64,000 nt of DNA, taken from contig JACPFP010000003.1 of NCBI GenBank assembly GCA_016182915.1, positions 315,685-379,684 of the forward strand, in the 5' to 3' direction. Origin of the DNA: Candidatus Dojkabacteria bacterium (GTDB taxonomy: Bacteria; Patescibacteriota; Dojkabacteria; SC72). The translations under genes were made by a program, and so were the position numbers. Below the pieces are notes generated by a model. That model was not told the DNA's origin. It was given only the letters and a program-made list of their open reading frames with translations, and made no database searches. Shown here piece after piece: positions 27,078-37,088 of the stretch; the stretch's first letter is position 1, and every line of letters starts with the position of its first letter.

Positions 27078-28373
27078 ATGGAACTTGATCTGCTTTCTAA
27101 AATTACGGCACTATCTAAGAGAAGAGGAATACTCTTCCCAAATTCTGAAATATACGGTGGTATAGGGGGATTCTACGACTACGGTCCTGTTGGAGTTGAG
27201 ATGAAAAACAACCTCAAAAGAATGTGGTGGAAATATATGGTTGATGACAGAGACGATGTTGTAGGGATTGATGGAACAATTATCACCCACCCAAAGGTCT
27301 GGGAGGCATCGGGGCATATCACAGGTTTCGCAGATGAAATGGCTGAATGTAAAAAATGCCACCAGAGATTTAGACCTGAAGATATCGAAGGGAAATGCCC
27401 CAAATGTGGAGGAACTGATTTTTCCGAAGCGAAGAAATACAATATGCTTTTTAAAACTGAGGTCGGCGTAATCGAGGGAGAAACAACCCCAGCATACCTT
27501 AGAGGAGAGGCATGCCAAACTATATATCTTGATTTTAAAAATGTCGTAGATTCTTCGAGGGTTAAGGTTCCTTTTGGAATAGCACAGATTGGTAAGGCAT
27601 TTAGAAACGAAGTTACACCAAATAAGTTTACCTTTAGAACAAGAGAATTTGAGCAGTGGGATTTACAATTTTTCGTACACCCTTCCGACATGGGAAAGTG
27701 GTTTGAATACTGGAAGGAGCAAAGAATGTCCTTCTATAAAAACCTTTACAGAAAATCTGAGAACTTAAGGTTCTACCAACATCCTAAAGAAAAATTAGTT
27801 TTCTATGCAAAAGACGCTTTTGATATTGAATATCTTGCACCATGGGGATGGGCAGAAAATGAGGGGATTCACTGGAGAGGTGATTATGATTTAACACAGC
27901 ATAGTAAATTCTCTGGAAAAGACCTTTCATATACAGATCCAATTACAAATGAGAGATATATTCCACATATTGTTGAAACCTCTGGTGGTGTAGATAGAAC
28001 ATTCTTGTACCTCCTCTTCGATGCATATGAGGAAGAAACTCTTGCAAATGGAGAGCTCCGTACAGTACTAAAGATAAATCCTGAGATAGCAGCATATAAA
28101 GCAGCTGTCTTCCCACTTGTGGGAAACAAAGAAGAGATTACAGGGAAAGCACGAGAGATATATACAATGCTTAAGAAGGATATGAAAGTTATGTGGGATG
28201 ATAGAGGAAACATTGGTAAGAGGTATAGATATCAAGATGAAATTGGTACTCCAAAATGTATAACTATCGATTACCAGACATTGGAAGATGGAACGGTAAC
28301 GGTTAGAGATAGAGACACAATGGAGCAGGTAAGGGTCAAGGTTGAGGAACTAAAGGAAAGCTTAACAAAGTAA
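27078..28373 (+). CDS. glyQS: Glycyl-tRNA synthetase, alpha2 eukaryote/archaeal-like type
   Basis: N-terminal RRGILFPNSEIYGGIGGFYDYGPVG, Zn-ribbon insertion CKKCHQRF...CPKCGG, class II core and C-terminal anticodon-binding domain. Confidence 0.9.
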   Translation: MELDLLSKITALSKRRGILFPNSEIYGGIGGFYDYGPVGVEMKNNLKRMWWKYMVDDRDDVVGIDGTIITHPKVWEASGHITGFADEMAECKKCHQRFRPEDIEGKCPKCGGTDFSEAKKYNMLFKTEVGVIEGETTPAYLRGEACQTIYLDFKNVVDSSRVKVPFGIAQIGKAFRNEVTPNKFTFRTREFEQWDLQFFVHPSDMGKWFEYWKEQRMSFYKNLYRKSENLRFYQHPKEKLVFYAKDAFDIEYLAPWGWAENEGIHWRGDYDLTQHSKFSGKDLSYTDPITNERYIPHIVETSGGVDRTFLYLLFDAYEEETLANGELRTVLKINPEIAAYKAAVFPLVGNKEEITGKAREIYTMLKKDMKVMWDDRGNIGKRYRYQDEIGTPKCITIDYQTLEDGTVTVRDRDTMEQVRVKVEELKESLTK

Positions 28374-28380
28374 GCAGTTG

Positions 28381-29013
28381 TTACTTCACAAGAAAAAGAG
28401 GAATTTTAACTGGTATAGGACCGATATAAAATCGACTCTCCTTCAAAATCCCTTTAAATGAGCTCTTATCTACCAATTGTTCTAAATGGCGTAGATCTTC
28501 AAGGCGTTGTCCTTTTTTGTAAGTAACAAACCTGCCTAATGTTTCATTTAAGAACCTCATAATTACATATTTTAGGTTGGTATCTAGTGTTGTGAATTCT
28601 TCGTTGATAATATTTCTCTCAGGAACTACTGCAAAAATATTTGGATATAACTCAAATCTAGTGAAGCCTTTCCTTCTTTGAGTAAACTCTGTTATTAATA
28701 TATCTACAAATATCTGATTTCTCTCAAATCTCAAATATCTCTTGGAAGATTCGTTCATAAGTGATTTATAGAACGGCATTCTTTTGTTAATAAATGTTGA
28801 TTTTGTATATCCATTCTTCTCTAAATAGTCTTCAAGTGTCTTTAGCTGGGATTGATCCAAGATAATATCAAGATCGTGGATTTCTCTTGAATATCCGAGT
28901 TTTTTCGTTGTTGCCAGAGTAGCAACAGAACCAACTACTATATACTTAGAAGGGTTGAGAAATGTAGTGAGATCTTTAATCAGAAGATGGTATTTTTGAT
29001 TATTATCAATCAT
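28381..29013 (-). CDS. Nucleotidyltransferase-fold protein (KNTase/Lnu-like minimal NTase + helical C-terminal domain)
   Basis: GS-x10-DLD motif (GSVATLATTKKLGYSREIHDLDI) characteristic of pol-beta superfamily NTases. Confidence 0.5.
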   Translation of the reverse strand: MIDNNQKYHLLIKDLTTFLNPSKYIVVGSVATLATTKKLGYSREIHDLDIILDQSQLKTLEDYLEKNGYTKSTFINKRMPFYKSLMNESSKRYLRFERNQIFVDILITEFTQRRKGFTRFELYPNIFAVVPERNIINEEFTTLDTNLKYVIMRFLNETLGRFVTYKKGQRLEDLRHLEQLVDKSSFKGILKESRFYIGPIPVKIPLFLVK

Positions 29014-29071
29014 TGACTACGTTTAATAATATTCCAGTGAATTAGAAGAAAAAAGGGATTAATTCCCTTTA

Positions 29072-30412
29072 CTATTTACCAACCTTAGGCATCTTCTCTA
29101 CAATTGAGGGATTCTCCCACTTTTCAAACAGTTTCCTTGCATCATCAGAGGTTCCACTCTCAAGAAGAGCCACAATCATGTTAGAAAGGACATCTAAATC
29201 AACAGAGAGTTTCGCAAAATCAACGGTCATAGTATTTGCACTGAACTGCACAGATTTAGACTTTACAAAATAGTTAAAGGCCAAATGGAAACCTCTTGCA
29301 TATACCATAATTGAAGGTTCTTTCTTAGCTTTATGACAGACATTTATTGCAAACACTAAGAATGCTATCAGAAGTTCATTATACTGTTCAATGGAAATAA
29401 GGCCATTAAGGACATGATACTTAGCACTTCTAACACCAAATACATCTGCATTTAACTCTCTTACAACATCAATATACTCACCAAGTCTATTCTCCATACC
29501 CTTAAACTTGATTGCTCCCTCTGCAATCTCATGAAGGATGATAAGTCTGTAGTTAGCTTGTGACATAGAATCTTTTGTTCTTTTAGGATCAAACTTCTTA
29601 ACATGCTTAAGATATCCCTTTAACTGTGTTTCAAATTTCTTTACAAGCGCATTATGGTATACAACAATCTTTGTTCCATACTTGGAAACTTTCTCAGGCT
29701 CATTGGGAAGATTAGTACTAGACGGCATGCTACCCGCCTGCCTACCGGCAAACATAAGGACATCATCAACTCTAATCTTTATTTTGCTTGTATTTAATTT
29801 CGCGGCAACTGACCTAGAAGGCTTAAGAATTCCCAGTTTTCCTACAATCTTAGTCATTTCCTCCACTTCCTGTGTTTCCTGAGTTCTTAACACTCGCAGT
29901 GAGTACTGGTAGCTCTTCTTAACACCCATGAAGCTATCATTGTATGATTCAATAGGGCCAATAAGGATATCTATTGTTGTATTCTGCGTTGAGAGAAAGG
30001 TATTCATGATACTATCGAAATCGCCTTTACTAAAATATCCTGCAATTCTAGATAGATACCACGAAAGCCTCTTTTCTTTTGTAGTTTTGGAGGCAAGGAT
30101 TAACAGTTCAAAAATTCTATCATGTTCCTTTTTATACTCATCTTTGTAGTTTACAGCAATCAATCTCCTATTTTTCTCCCTCTTAACAATGGTATATGGA
30201 GAAAGGAGCTTTGAATTCCTTTTTGCCGCAACCATTAGCTCTTCTCTGCTTAAATCTTCGGGATAGAAGGAAGGAACTCCTGTTTTAGAGTCAACTTGTT
30301 TCTCCCATATTTTATGGATTGTTTCTCCTACCTTTTCTAATATTTTCAATGTATCTCGCTCGCTCTTTGGAAGATAGCTGGAATCATATGGGAAAGAACT
30401 TATTGCTGCCAT
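29072..30412 (-). CDS. Large hypothetical protein with HEPN-like R-x4-H motif
   Basis: 446 aa; RLIILHEIAEG contains R-x4-H; no other recognisable motif; 58 nt from NTase gene. Confidence 0.45.
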   Translation of the reverse strand: MAAISSFPYDSSYLPKSERDTLKILEKVGETIHKIWEKQVDSKTGVPSFYPEDLSREELMVAAKRNSKLLSPYTIVKREKNRRLIAVNYKDEYKKEHDRIFELLILASKTTKEKRLSWYLSRIAGYFSKGDFDSIMNTFLSTQNTTIDILIGPIESYNDSFMGVKKSYQYSLRVLRTQETQEVEEMTKIVGKLGILKPSRSVAAKLNTSKIKIRVDDVLMFAGRQAGSMPSSTNLPNEPEKVSKYGTKIVVYHNALVKKFETQLKGYLKHVKKFDPKRTKDSMSQANYRLIILHEIAEGAIKFKGMENRLGEYIDVVRELNADVFGVRSAKYHVLNGLISIEQYNELLIAFLVFAINVCHKAKKEPSIMVYARGFHLAFNYFVKSKSVQFSANTMTVDFAKLSVDLDVLSNMIVALLESGTSDDARKLFEKWENPSIVEKMPKVGK

Positions 30413-30433
30413 TGTTAATAATAAATATTAAAA

Positions 30434-30901
30434 TTAGGTTATTTTTAAAACTCTAAATTTCTTCTGAACATGACCGATCTGAACCTCGACTGTATCTCCC
30501 AACTTAGCACCCAAAAGAGCTTTTCCAACAGGGGATTCATCCGAAATTTTCTTCGATAGCGGATCAGCTTCAATTGAAGATACAATCAGATACTCCTCCT
30601 GAAAGTTTTCAAAACCAACTGTCACCTTAGAGCCAACTTCAACCTTTGTATATTTTCCATCTCCGTCTATAACCTGAGAACTTCCAAGAATTTCCTTAAT
30701 TTCAATAATTCTCTTCTCAAGATATTCTTTCTCATCAAGTACATCTACAAATGGGTAATCGTCTTCATCTGTTGGTTGCCGTCTTATAAAGTCTAAACGG
30801 TCTGCAATCTCATCTCGGCCTTTAGTTTCCAATTCTGCGAGTTCTTTTTCTAACGCTAACTTCTTTTCAGAAGATATTTTATATTTCTTCCCGAATATCA
30901 T
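30434..30901 (-). CDS. greA: Transcription elongation factor GreA
   Basis: N-terminal coiled-coil with acidic tip, C-terminal FKBP-like domain (SPVGKALLGAKLGDTVEV). Confidence 0.8.
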   Translation of the reverse strand: MIFGKKYKISSEKKLALEKELAELETKGRDEIADRLDFIRRQPTDEDDYPFVDVLDEKEYLEKRIIEIKEILGSSQVIDGDGKYTKVEVGSKVTVGFENFQEEYLIVSSIEADPLSKKISDESPVGKALLGAKLGDTVEVQIGHVQKKFRVLKIT

Positions 30902-30959
30902 GTTACTAAATTCAATTAACTTAGCTTCCTACGATTTCAGTATCAGCTGATGGATTAAA

Positions 30960-31646
30960 TCATAACTTTTCACTTTTTACAATATCAGGGCGCTTTTTCA
31001 TAGTGATTTCCCTTGACTTATTATCCCTCCATACTGCTATTTGACTATGATTACCTCTCAAAAGAACCTCTGGAACCTTCATCCCTCTGAAATCTTCTGG
31101 TCGGGTATACTGAGGGTACTCCAAGGTATTATCTGTAAATGACTCGGAAATTGCAGATTGGTCATTGCCTAAAACGCCAGGGAGAAGCCTTAAAATGCCA
31201 TCTATAATTACAAGAGTGGGTAACTCTCCTCCAGAGAGAATATAATCCCCTATAGAAATATTTATATCAACTAGGGTATCTAAGATCCTTTGGTCGAAGC
31301 CTTCATAGTGTCCGCATAGAAAGATATAGTGTTCATTACTACTATCCGATAGTTTACGAAGAGTTGACTGTTTTAAAGGGGTTCCGTGTGGTGTAGTGGC
31401 TATAACTTTGGTGTTTTCTTTCTTCAACTCCATAATAGCATCGTAGATAGGTTCAATCTTCATTACCATACCCGCTCCTCCTCCATATGGCTTGTCGTCA
31501 ACACTTTTATGATTATCATTCGTCCATTTCCTAAGGTCATGAACTTCAACCTCTACTACTTTTTTCTGCTGAGCAATTCTAAAAATTCCGAACTTTAGAA
31601 ACTGCTCAATCTGTTGTGGGAAGATAGTAATAATATCAATTTTCAT
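30960..31646 (-). CDS. trmD: tRNA (guanine37-N1)-methyltransferase
   Basis: MKIDIITIFP start, SPOUT-fold motifs (LCGHYEGFDQR, SIGDYILSGGE). Confidence 0.85.
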   Translation of the reverse strand: MKIDIITIFPQQIEQFLKFGIFRIAQQKKVVEVEVHDLRKWTNDNHKSVDDKPYGGGAGMVMKIEPIYDAIMELKKENTKVIATTPHGTPLKQSTLRKLSDSSNEHYIFLCGHYEGFDQRILDTLVDINISIGDYILSGGELPTLVIIDGILRLLPGVLGNDQSAISESFTDNTLEYPQYTRPEDFRGMKVPEVLLRGNHSQIAVWRDNKSREITMKKRPDIVKSEKL

Positions 31647-31708
31647 ACCTTCTATTATACTAAATTATGAGACAGGTAGTACAGATAATAGTTGACTCAA
31701 AAGCAATC

Positions 31709-33472
31709 TTATTTCAAGGATGGCTGAGCTTTCGTAAAGCCGCCGCTTTGGAGCGTCCAAAGTTTAGAATATATACCTTTTGATTTAACTAATTCATCAT
31801 GCCTCCCTTGTTCAACAAGCTTACCCTTATCTATGACAAATATTCTATCTACATTTTTAATAGTACTTAATCTATGGGCAATAACAATTGTTGTGGTCCC
31901 CCTACTTAGCTCTTTGAAGGCTTTCTGGATAGCAGCTTCACTTTCACTATCAAGCATACTTGTCGCCTCATCAAAGATTATAATCTTTGGATTCTTTAGT
32001 AACACCCTAGCTATAGCCACTCTTTGTTTCTGTCCTCCACTCAGCTTTATTCCTCTCTCTCCAACGACCGTTTCTAATCCATTTGGTAGTGACTTAATAA
32101 AATCAAAAATTTGTGCTTTCTGACATGCATCAATAATCTCATCCATCCGTGAATCAAGATCCTCTTCATTTGGACTTAATGCATATCCAATATTGTATTT
32201 AAGGGATCGATTAAATAGGATAGGTTCTTGAGGGACAACACCAATTAATTCGTTTACGTTATCGGTACCCAGTTTCCTAATATCATGGCCATCAACTAAA
32301 ACCGCCCCCCGATTTACATCATAGTATCTTAAAAGAAGGCGAACTAGTGTAGATTTTCCACCTCCAGAGGGACCTACAAAAGCAACTGTTTCTCCAGCTG
32401 GAATACTCATGCTAATACCAGAGATAATGCCATTGTCCTCGTTATATGCGAAACTAACATCTTGATACTCTACCCCGCCTTTTGGATCGGCAATCTCTTC
32501 TGGTTTTTCAGGCTCATCAATTGATGACTTTGAGTCCATAAGTTCATAGATATCCTCAATAACAGGGATATTTTTAAATATCTCTCTCATACTAAAGACA
32601 AAAGACATAACCTTATTTGAGATCTGGATAAGGTATGTAACAACAACGACGATTGAACCTGCATCCAAACTCTCTCTCATATATACAAGACCTGTACTAC
32701 CGATTACAAAGATTAGGATGCCGCCAAAACGAGACATAAAGTCTATTAATCTGAAGGAATTTTGATAGGTAAGGACCGCATCGATATTTTTACTTACTAG
32801 TTTGGATACATAACTGATTTCATCTTTTTTTCTTGCAAATACTCTAACTGTTTCATAATTAGTAACTCCATCTATAATTGCACTATTTCTTGCATATTCA
32901 GCCTCCTTAAGTATATATCTTGTCTTCATATTATACTTAATAGCAATAGACTGTAGCGGTACAATTATAAGAAGGGACAATACGATAAGAAGAGCTACTT
33001 CTCGTGAAATAAAAACCATTATGACAATGGGAATTATCAATGAAAATAAGTTTTCCCAAGCCCAATACTCAAAATTCCAAAAGAAGATTAGAGGTACAGT
33101 ATCTGCATTCATTATTTTTGATACTACTTTTCCAGTCTCCTTATTCGTATGGAAAGCATAATCTAAAGACATAACCCTTTTATAAAGGATATTCATAAGA
33201 TCTCCCATAACTTTGGCATATACATACGCCTTTGGAAGAAAGGTTGCAGGTTCAAGCAATAGCGGTAGGGCGATAACAACTCCAATTATAATTAAGGGGG
33301 TTATAATATCCCCTCCTGTTTGAATAGCATTCACAAGATTCTTTAGACGAAAAATCGCATAGTTACTGAAGAAAAGAAGAAACATTGAGAAAAATAAACC
33401 TATTAGATATATCCACCTATACTTCATAGCAAGTTTTACAGTACGGAAGTATAGTTTTAGTATTTTTTTCAT
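31709..33472 (-). CDS. ABC exporter, fused permease/ATP-binding protein (MsbA/type I exporter family)
   Basis: Six N-terminal TMs, Walker A GPSGGGKST, signature LSGGQKQRVAIAR, Walker B IIIFDEATS. Confidence 0.8.
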   Translation of the reverse strand: MKKILKLYFRTVKLAMKYRWIYLIGLFFSMFLLFFSNYAIFRLKNLVNAIQTGGDIITPLIIIGVVIALPLLLEPATFLPKAYVYAKVMGDLMNILYKRVMSLDYAFHTNKETGKVVSKIMNADTVPLIFFWNFEYWAWENLFSLIIPIVIMVFISREVALLIVLSLLIIVPLQSIAIKYNMKTRYILKEAEYARNSAIIDGVTNYETVRVFARKKDEISYVSKLVSKNIDAVLTYQNSFRLIDFMSRFGGILIFVIGSTGLVYMRESLDAGSIVVVVTYLIQISNKVMSFVFSMREIFKNIPVIEDIYELMDSKSSIDEPEKPEEIADPKGGVEYQDVSFAYNEDNGIISGISMSIPAGETVAFVGPSGGGKSTLVRLLLRYYDVNRGAVLVDGHDIRKLGTDNVNELIGVVPQEPILFNRSLKYNIGYALSPNEEDLDSRMDEIIDACQKAQIFDFIKSLPNGLETVVGERGIKLSGGQKQRVAIARVLLKNPKIIIFDEATSMLDSESEAAIQKAFKELSRGTTTIVIAHRLSTIKNVDRIFVIDKGKLVEQGRHDELVKSKGIYSKLWTLQSGGFTKAQPSLK

Positions 33473-33491
33473 TTACTTTCAGATGAACTGG

Positions 33492-33566
33492 TGGTGCCGC
33501 CACAGGGAATCGAACCCTGGTTACATGATTGAGAATCATGAGTCCTAACCGTTAGACGATGGCGGC
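33492..33566 (-). tRNA. tRNA-Glu (anticodon CUC), CCA encoded
   Basis: Minus-strand GCCGCCA TC GTCT AACGGTTA GGAC T CATGA TTCTCAA TCATG TAACC CAGGG TTCGATT CCCTG TGGCGGC A CCA; canonical cloverleaf, U33, anticodon CTC, T-loop TTCGATT. Confidence 0.85.
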
Positions 33567-33674
33567 TAACCTTAAACTTTCGCATTTTATCAGAAATTGA
33601 CATTAGAATCTATAAGATATATCATTAAATACAGTAAAAATCTCCCAATTTTATTTATGATGTTATTCGTAAAG

Positions 33675-34133
33675 ATGAAGAATCAATACCTTGTTACTGC
33701 TGAAGGATTAGAAAAATTGAAAAGTGAACTCGAGCTAAGAGAAAACGTCAAGAGAGTTGATATTAAAAAGACGCTTGAAGAGATGCGAGCACAGGGTGAT
33801 TTAAGAGAAAATGATGGCTATACCCTTGCAACAGAGGACTTTAAATCAAACGAGTCAGAGATACTTAGACTTAAGGAATTAATTACCAATGCAAAGATTG
33901 TTAAAGCTGTAAGAAAGGATACTATTGAGATTGGTGATTCCGTTACAGTAAGTGATAAGGATGGTTCCATAAAAACATTCAAAATTGGTGGTACAAATGA
34001 GAGCGATCCGGGTCAGAATATTATTTCTAACTCTTCTCCACTAGGGAAAGCCCTTATCGGGAAAAAGGTTGGAGATAGTGTAAAGGTAATTACCCCAAGA
34101 GGATCGATTGAATATACAGTAAAAGAGGTTTAA
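33675..34133 (+). CDS. GreA/GreB-family transcription elongation factor, second paralog
   Basis: Start taken at ATG 33675 (MKNQYLVTAEGLEKLK...); coiled-coil plus C-terminal SPLGKALIGKKVGDSVKV FKBP-like domain. Confidence 0.7.
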   Translation: MKNQYLVTAEGLEKLKSELELRENVKRVDIKKTLEEMRAQGDLRENDGYTLATEDFKSNESEILRLKELITNAKIVKAVRKDTIEIGDSVTVSDKDGSIKTFKIGGTNESDPGQNIISNSSPLGKALIGKKVGDSVKVITPRGSIEYTVKEV

Positions 34134-34141
34134 ATCCAAAG

Positions 34142-34846
34142 CTAATTGTGAAGATGGGTTCCAGATTCTAATACGGATTCCAGTTTCTTTCTAGCTTGAA
34201 GGGTTTTTCCCCCCGAGACCCAAAATGAAATTCCCTTATTTTCTGAGAAAAGGGCACATTCAACACTTATAGGGATATGTAGATTAGGGGTATGCTCGTC
34301 ATTACGGTTAGTTATTTTAAACATTTTTCGATACTTCTCCCATGTAATATCGCTTATTAGTTTGGCTTTGGGATCCAACTTAGGATCACTTGTATATAAC
34401 CCTTCAATATCAGAGAGTTTATGGACCTTCTTAGAACCAAGGATATCTGCAAAGACTACCGCATCCATATCTGTGCTCCACCCATGCCTCAGACCTCCAG
34501 AAACCATAACTCCAACCCCATGCATAAGGAACTCATAGGCCTCCCCAAGTGTTTCTGGGTTAAAAATATTTTTATCACCTAAGAATCCTTTAAGAATATA
34601 GGCATTTGTCTGTGTTAATTCCATATTAACAGAATGAACATCATTGATATTTCGAATATATCCTTTAACAATATTTCCAACCTCTCTTGATAGTTTTCCA
34701 CCTCCAACTACAAAAACTATTAGATCATATCTATCTCTATTTCTTTTGTACCAGTCCTTAATCATAGTTAAGACTTCGGAATTAAGTACTAGACCGTTTT
34801 TATACATTAAAGATCCTCCAACTTTTATAACAAGGTTTTTTCCCAC
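34142..34846 (-). CDS. pyrH: Amino-acid-kinase family protein, probably archaeal-type UMP kinase
   Basis: VIKVGGSL N-terminus, VFVVGGGKLSRE (GGGN-like nucleotide loop), GVMVSGGLRHGWSTDMDAVVFA, LYTSDP motifs consistent with short UMP kinase. Confidence 0.55.
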   Translation of the reverse strand: MGKNLVIKVGGSLMYKNGLVLNSEVLTMIKDWYKRNRDRYDLIVFVVGGGKLSREVGNIVKGYIRNINDVHSVNMELTQTNAYILKGFLGDKNIFNPETLGEAYEFLMHGVGVMVSGGLRHGWSTDMDAVVFADILGSKKVHKLSDIEGLYTSDPKLDPKAKLISDITWEKYRKMFKITNRNDEHTPNLHIPISVECALFSENKGISFWVSGGKTLQARKKLESVLESGTHLHN

Positions 34847-35643
34847 TATAGACTGAGTATTAAAATTATTGCCATAAGCGTGTACATAATAGATGGGATA
34901 TAGTCCTCCAGCTTTCTAGCTCCAGAGAATCTGACATTCCAAGTTGATATAATTAGGTAGTATGCAGAAGTTACAAGTGCAGGTTGCATATAGATATTCA
35001 AGCCTCTTGTGTACCAGGTAACCAAAGTTACAGCCAACGAGAAAAGGATTGCGATTAAAGTAGATTCAAGTTCCATCTTCCTATGAGCGTAGAGCATATG
35101 ATGCAGAGAGAGGATTGTGAAAAGGAAAACCATTAGCACCATAATTCTGTCATCTAATCCCACTCTATTAAGAACCGAAACCAACATATAGAATATGAAT
35201 ATATTTATGAAGTCATAAACAAAGCGCGTCATTGAATCCACGAAGTATAGTTTCTCAAGGGAAGATCTGATTCTTAGCATAAGGAGGAAGTATATAACTA
35301 CAGAAATAGTAATTATTATCTGGCTTATATAGGCATTCTCATTAAAGAAAAGGAAGAGGGCAAGGGAGAGCCAGAGAGTTACAGGCATAATTACATAGGA
35401 AAAGAGTCTGGACTTCAAGTTAACGTACATGAGTGTAGCACTCTTTTTTGAGACCTTTTTCCTACCAAAGGCCTTAAGGGTTGTAACAAACCAAGAGTAG
35501 ATAAGTAAGAGCCCAAGAAGAGAGGTAAGACCATAAAGGAGAGGGGTAACTGTAAACTGTCTTGTTACAAGAAGCTCTAATGTGAGAAATATATATGAGC
35601 CATATACAAACTCTCTTTTAAATTGTTTTATTAGTGTAAACAT
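34846..35643 (-). CDS. Multi-pass membrane protein (hypothetical)
   Basis: Start taken at ATG 35643 (MFTLIKQFK...) to avoid overlap; about 8 hydrophobic helices. Confidence 0.45.
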   Translation of the reverse strand: MFTLIKQFKREFVYGSYIFLTLELLVTRQFTVTPLLYGLTSLLGLLLIYSWFVTTLKAFGRKKVSKKSATLMYVNLKSRLFSYVIMPVTLWLSLALFLFFNENAYISQIIITISVVIYFLLMLRIRSSLEKLYFVDSMTRFVYDFINIFIFYMLVSVLNRVGLDDRIMVLMVFLFTILSLHHMLYAHRKMELESTLIAILFSLAVTLVTWYTRGLNIYMQPALVTSAYYLIISTWNVRFSGARKLEDYIPSIMYTLMAIILILSL

Positions 35644-35645
35644 AA

Positions 35646-36992
35646 TTATAGAATTGAACCTCCGAATCCATTTAAGGTACCGACAAGAAGCAGTAACCAC
35701 CACATAGAAAGAGAAAGAAGATTCCCTTTATGTTCCTTAAACATACCCTTCCTTGCATAGACAACGATTTCAATCAGAAGGAGGAGAAATATAAATATTA
35801 CAAAGAGAGTATTAACAGAATCCTTAATATTAACGTTACTAAGAAAACCTGCTAATACCGCCCCTTCTTTAGTATCAAATCTATCGGTAATCTCAAGTTC
35901 AAGAGTATTTCCGTGCTTATCACTGGCGACAAGTACAACCTTTTCCCCTGCTTCAACCGAATCAATCGAAACAAGATACCTGTCGGCATCAAAGGATGCT
36001 GGATATGTTACAGATCCTACAACAACAGCGATGTCGGGATTCTCCTCCTCAGTGACAATCTCAATAGTCCAACTACCCACCCCACTTATAACCTTAATAT
36101 CTTCATCCGCTATTTGTGGAGGAGTGCTGTCTACCTCGAAAGCGACCTCATCCTTAACATCGCTGCTGTTTAAGACTGCACTGATTTTATTATCTCCCTC
36201 TTTCCAATCTGAATTTCTGTTAAATTCCCATAATCCACCGTTTGTACTTAACTTTCCAACTACCTTCTCCTGCGCATATACATCAACTGTGTAATCTCCA
36301 GTTACATTTTTCACCTCTCCTTTCAGATCGAAACCTGGATCATTTACTACCGATCCCTCAACAGGATACGTAATCTTTATGCTTTTAATATCACCAGTCT
36401 CAACCTGTTCCTCAACAGAATTTGGATTAGATGGGGCGGAGGGAGTTGTAATGGAAGTTGTATTACCAAACATCTGAACAACCAGAATAATCTCCTCATC
36501 TAGAAGAACCCCTGAAAGGACTGCGACTCCGATATCTTTGTAGTTACCACTCAAAATATTCTCTCTATGAGTTGGGCTTGCCATCCAAGCCTGTACTACC
36601 CCTTCAGAGCTTTTGAAACCTTTAGCGAGATTCTCTCCTGCAAAAACATAAACATAGCCCGATGCTTTTATAAACTGCCAAGGGGTTTCTCCATTTGGAC
36701 CGAAGTGATCCCAATACTGCTCTTTAAACATATTATTTGCCTTCGCCAAGGCTGCAGAGTTGAGTTTTGCGTTCTCTCTTAATATTGTGAGTCCATACTT
36801 TTGCCTTTCCTGATTTGTAAGTTGAATAATGTTATTTTTGCTAATACTGCTAGCCTGGGCCTTTGATATACCTAAAACCCCACCGAGGGTATTTACGGAA
36901 AGAAGTATCAATGTATATGATATTAACGCTACATTCCTAAGTAGGTACGGTTTAAAACTATTCCCTTTATTTGGTACGAACCAGTTTATCAA
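35646..36992 (-). CDS. Secreted CAP/SCP (PR-1-like, YkwD-like) domain protein with C-terminal repeat domain and TM anchor
   Basis: Signal peptide; CAP motifs (QERQKYGL, HFGPNG, GENLAKG, SPTHRENIL, YKDIGVAV); C-terminal hydrophobic anchor. Confidence 0.65.
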   Translation of the reverse strand: MINWFVPNKGNSFKPYLLRNVALISYTLILLSVNTLGGVLGISKAQASSISKNNIIQLTNQERQKYGLTILRENAKLNSAALAKANNMFKEQYWDHFGPNGETPWQFIKASGYVYVFAGENLAKGFKSSEGVVQAWMASPTHRENILSGNYKDIGVAVLSGVLLDEEIILVVQMFGNTTSITTPSAPSNPNSVEEQVETGDIKSIKITYPVEGSVVNDPGFDLKGEVKNVTGDYTVDVYAQEKVVGKLSTNGGLWEFNRNSDWKEGDNKISAVLNSSDVKDEVAFEVDSTPPQIADEDIKVISGVGSWTIEIVTEEENPDIAVVVGSVTYPASFDADRYLVSIDSVEAGEKVVLVASDKHGNTLELEITDRFDTKEGAVLAGFLSNVNIKDSVNTLFVIFIFLLLLIEIVVYARKGMFKEHKGNLLSLSMWWLLLLVGTLNGFGGSIL

Positions 36993-37088
36993 GTTAAGCA
37001 GTATTTAAATAACTCTATACATATTAAAATATATACCCATTCTTGGCAATTAAATAATAATCAAGGTATCATCAGATAAATAAATAAT

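Noticed and set aside
33597-33674. ORF-track start of the second GreA paralog at 33597 (MTLESIRYIIKYSKNLPILFMMLFVK...)
   Set aside because: The N-terminal 26 residues are hydrophobic and unconserved and would begin only 30 nt from the tRNA-Glu gene on the opposite strand; the in-frame ATG at 33675 gives a canonical GreA N-terminus.
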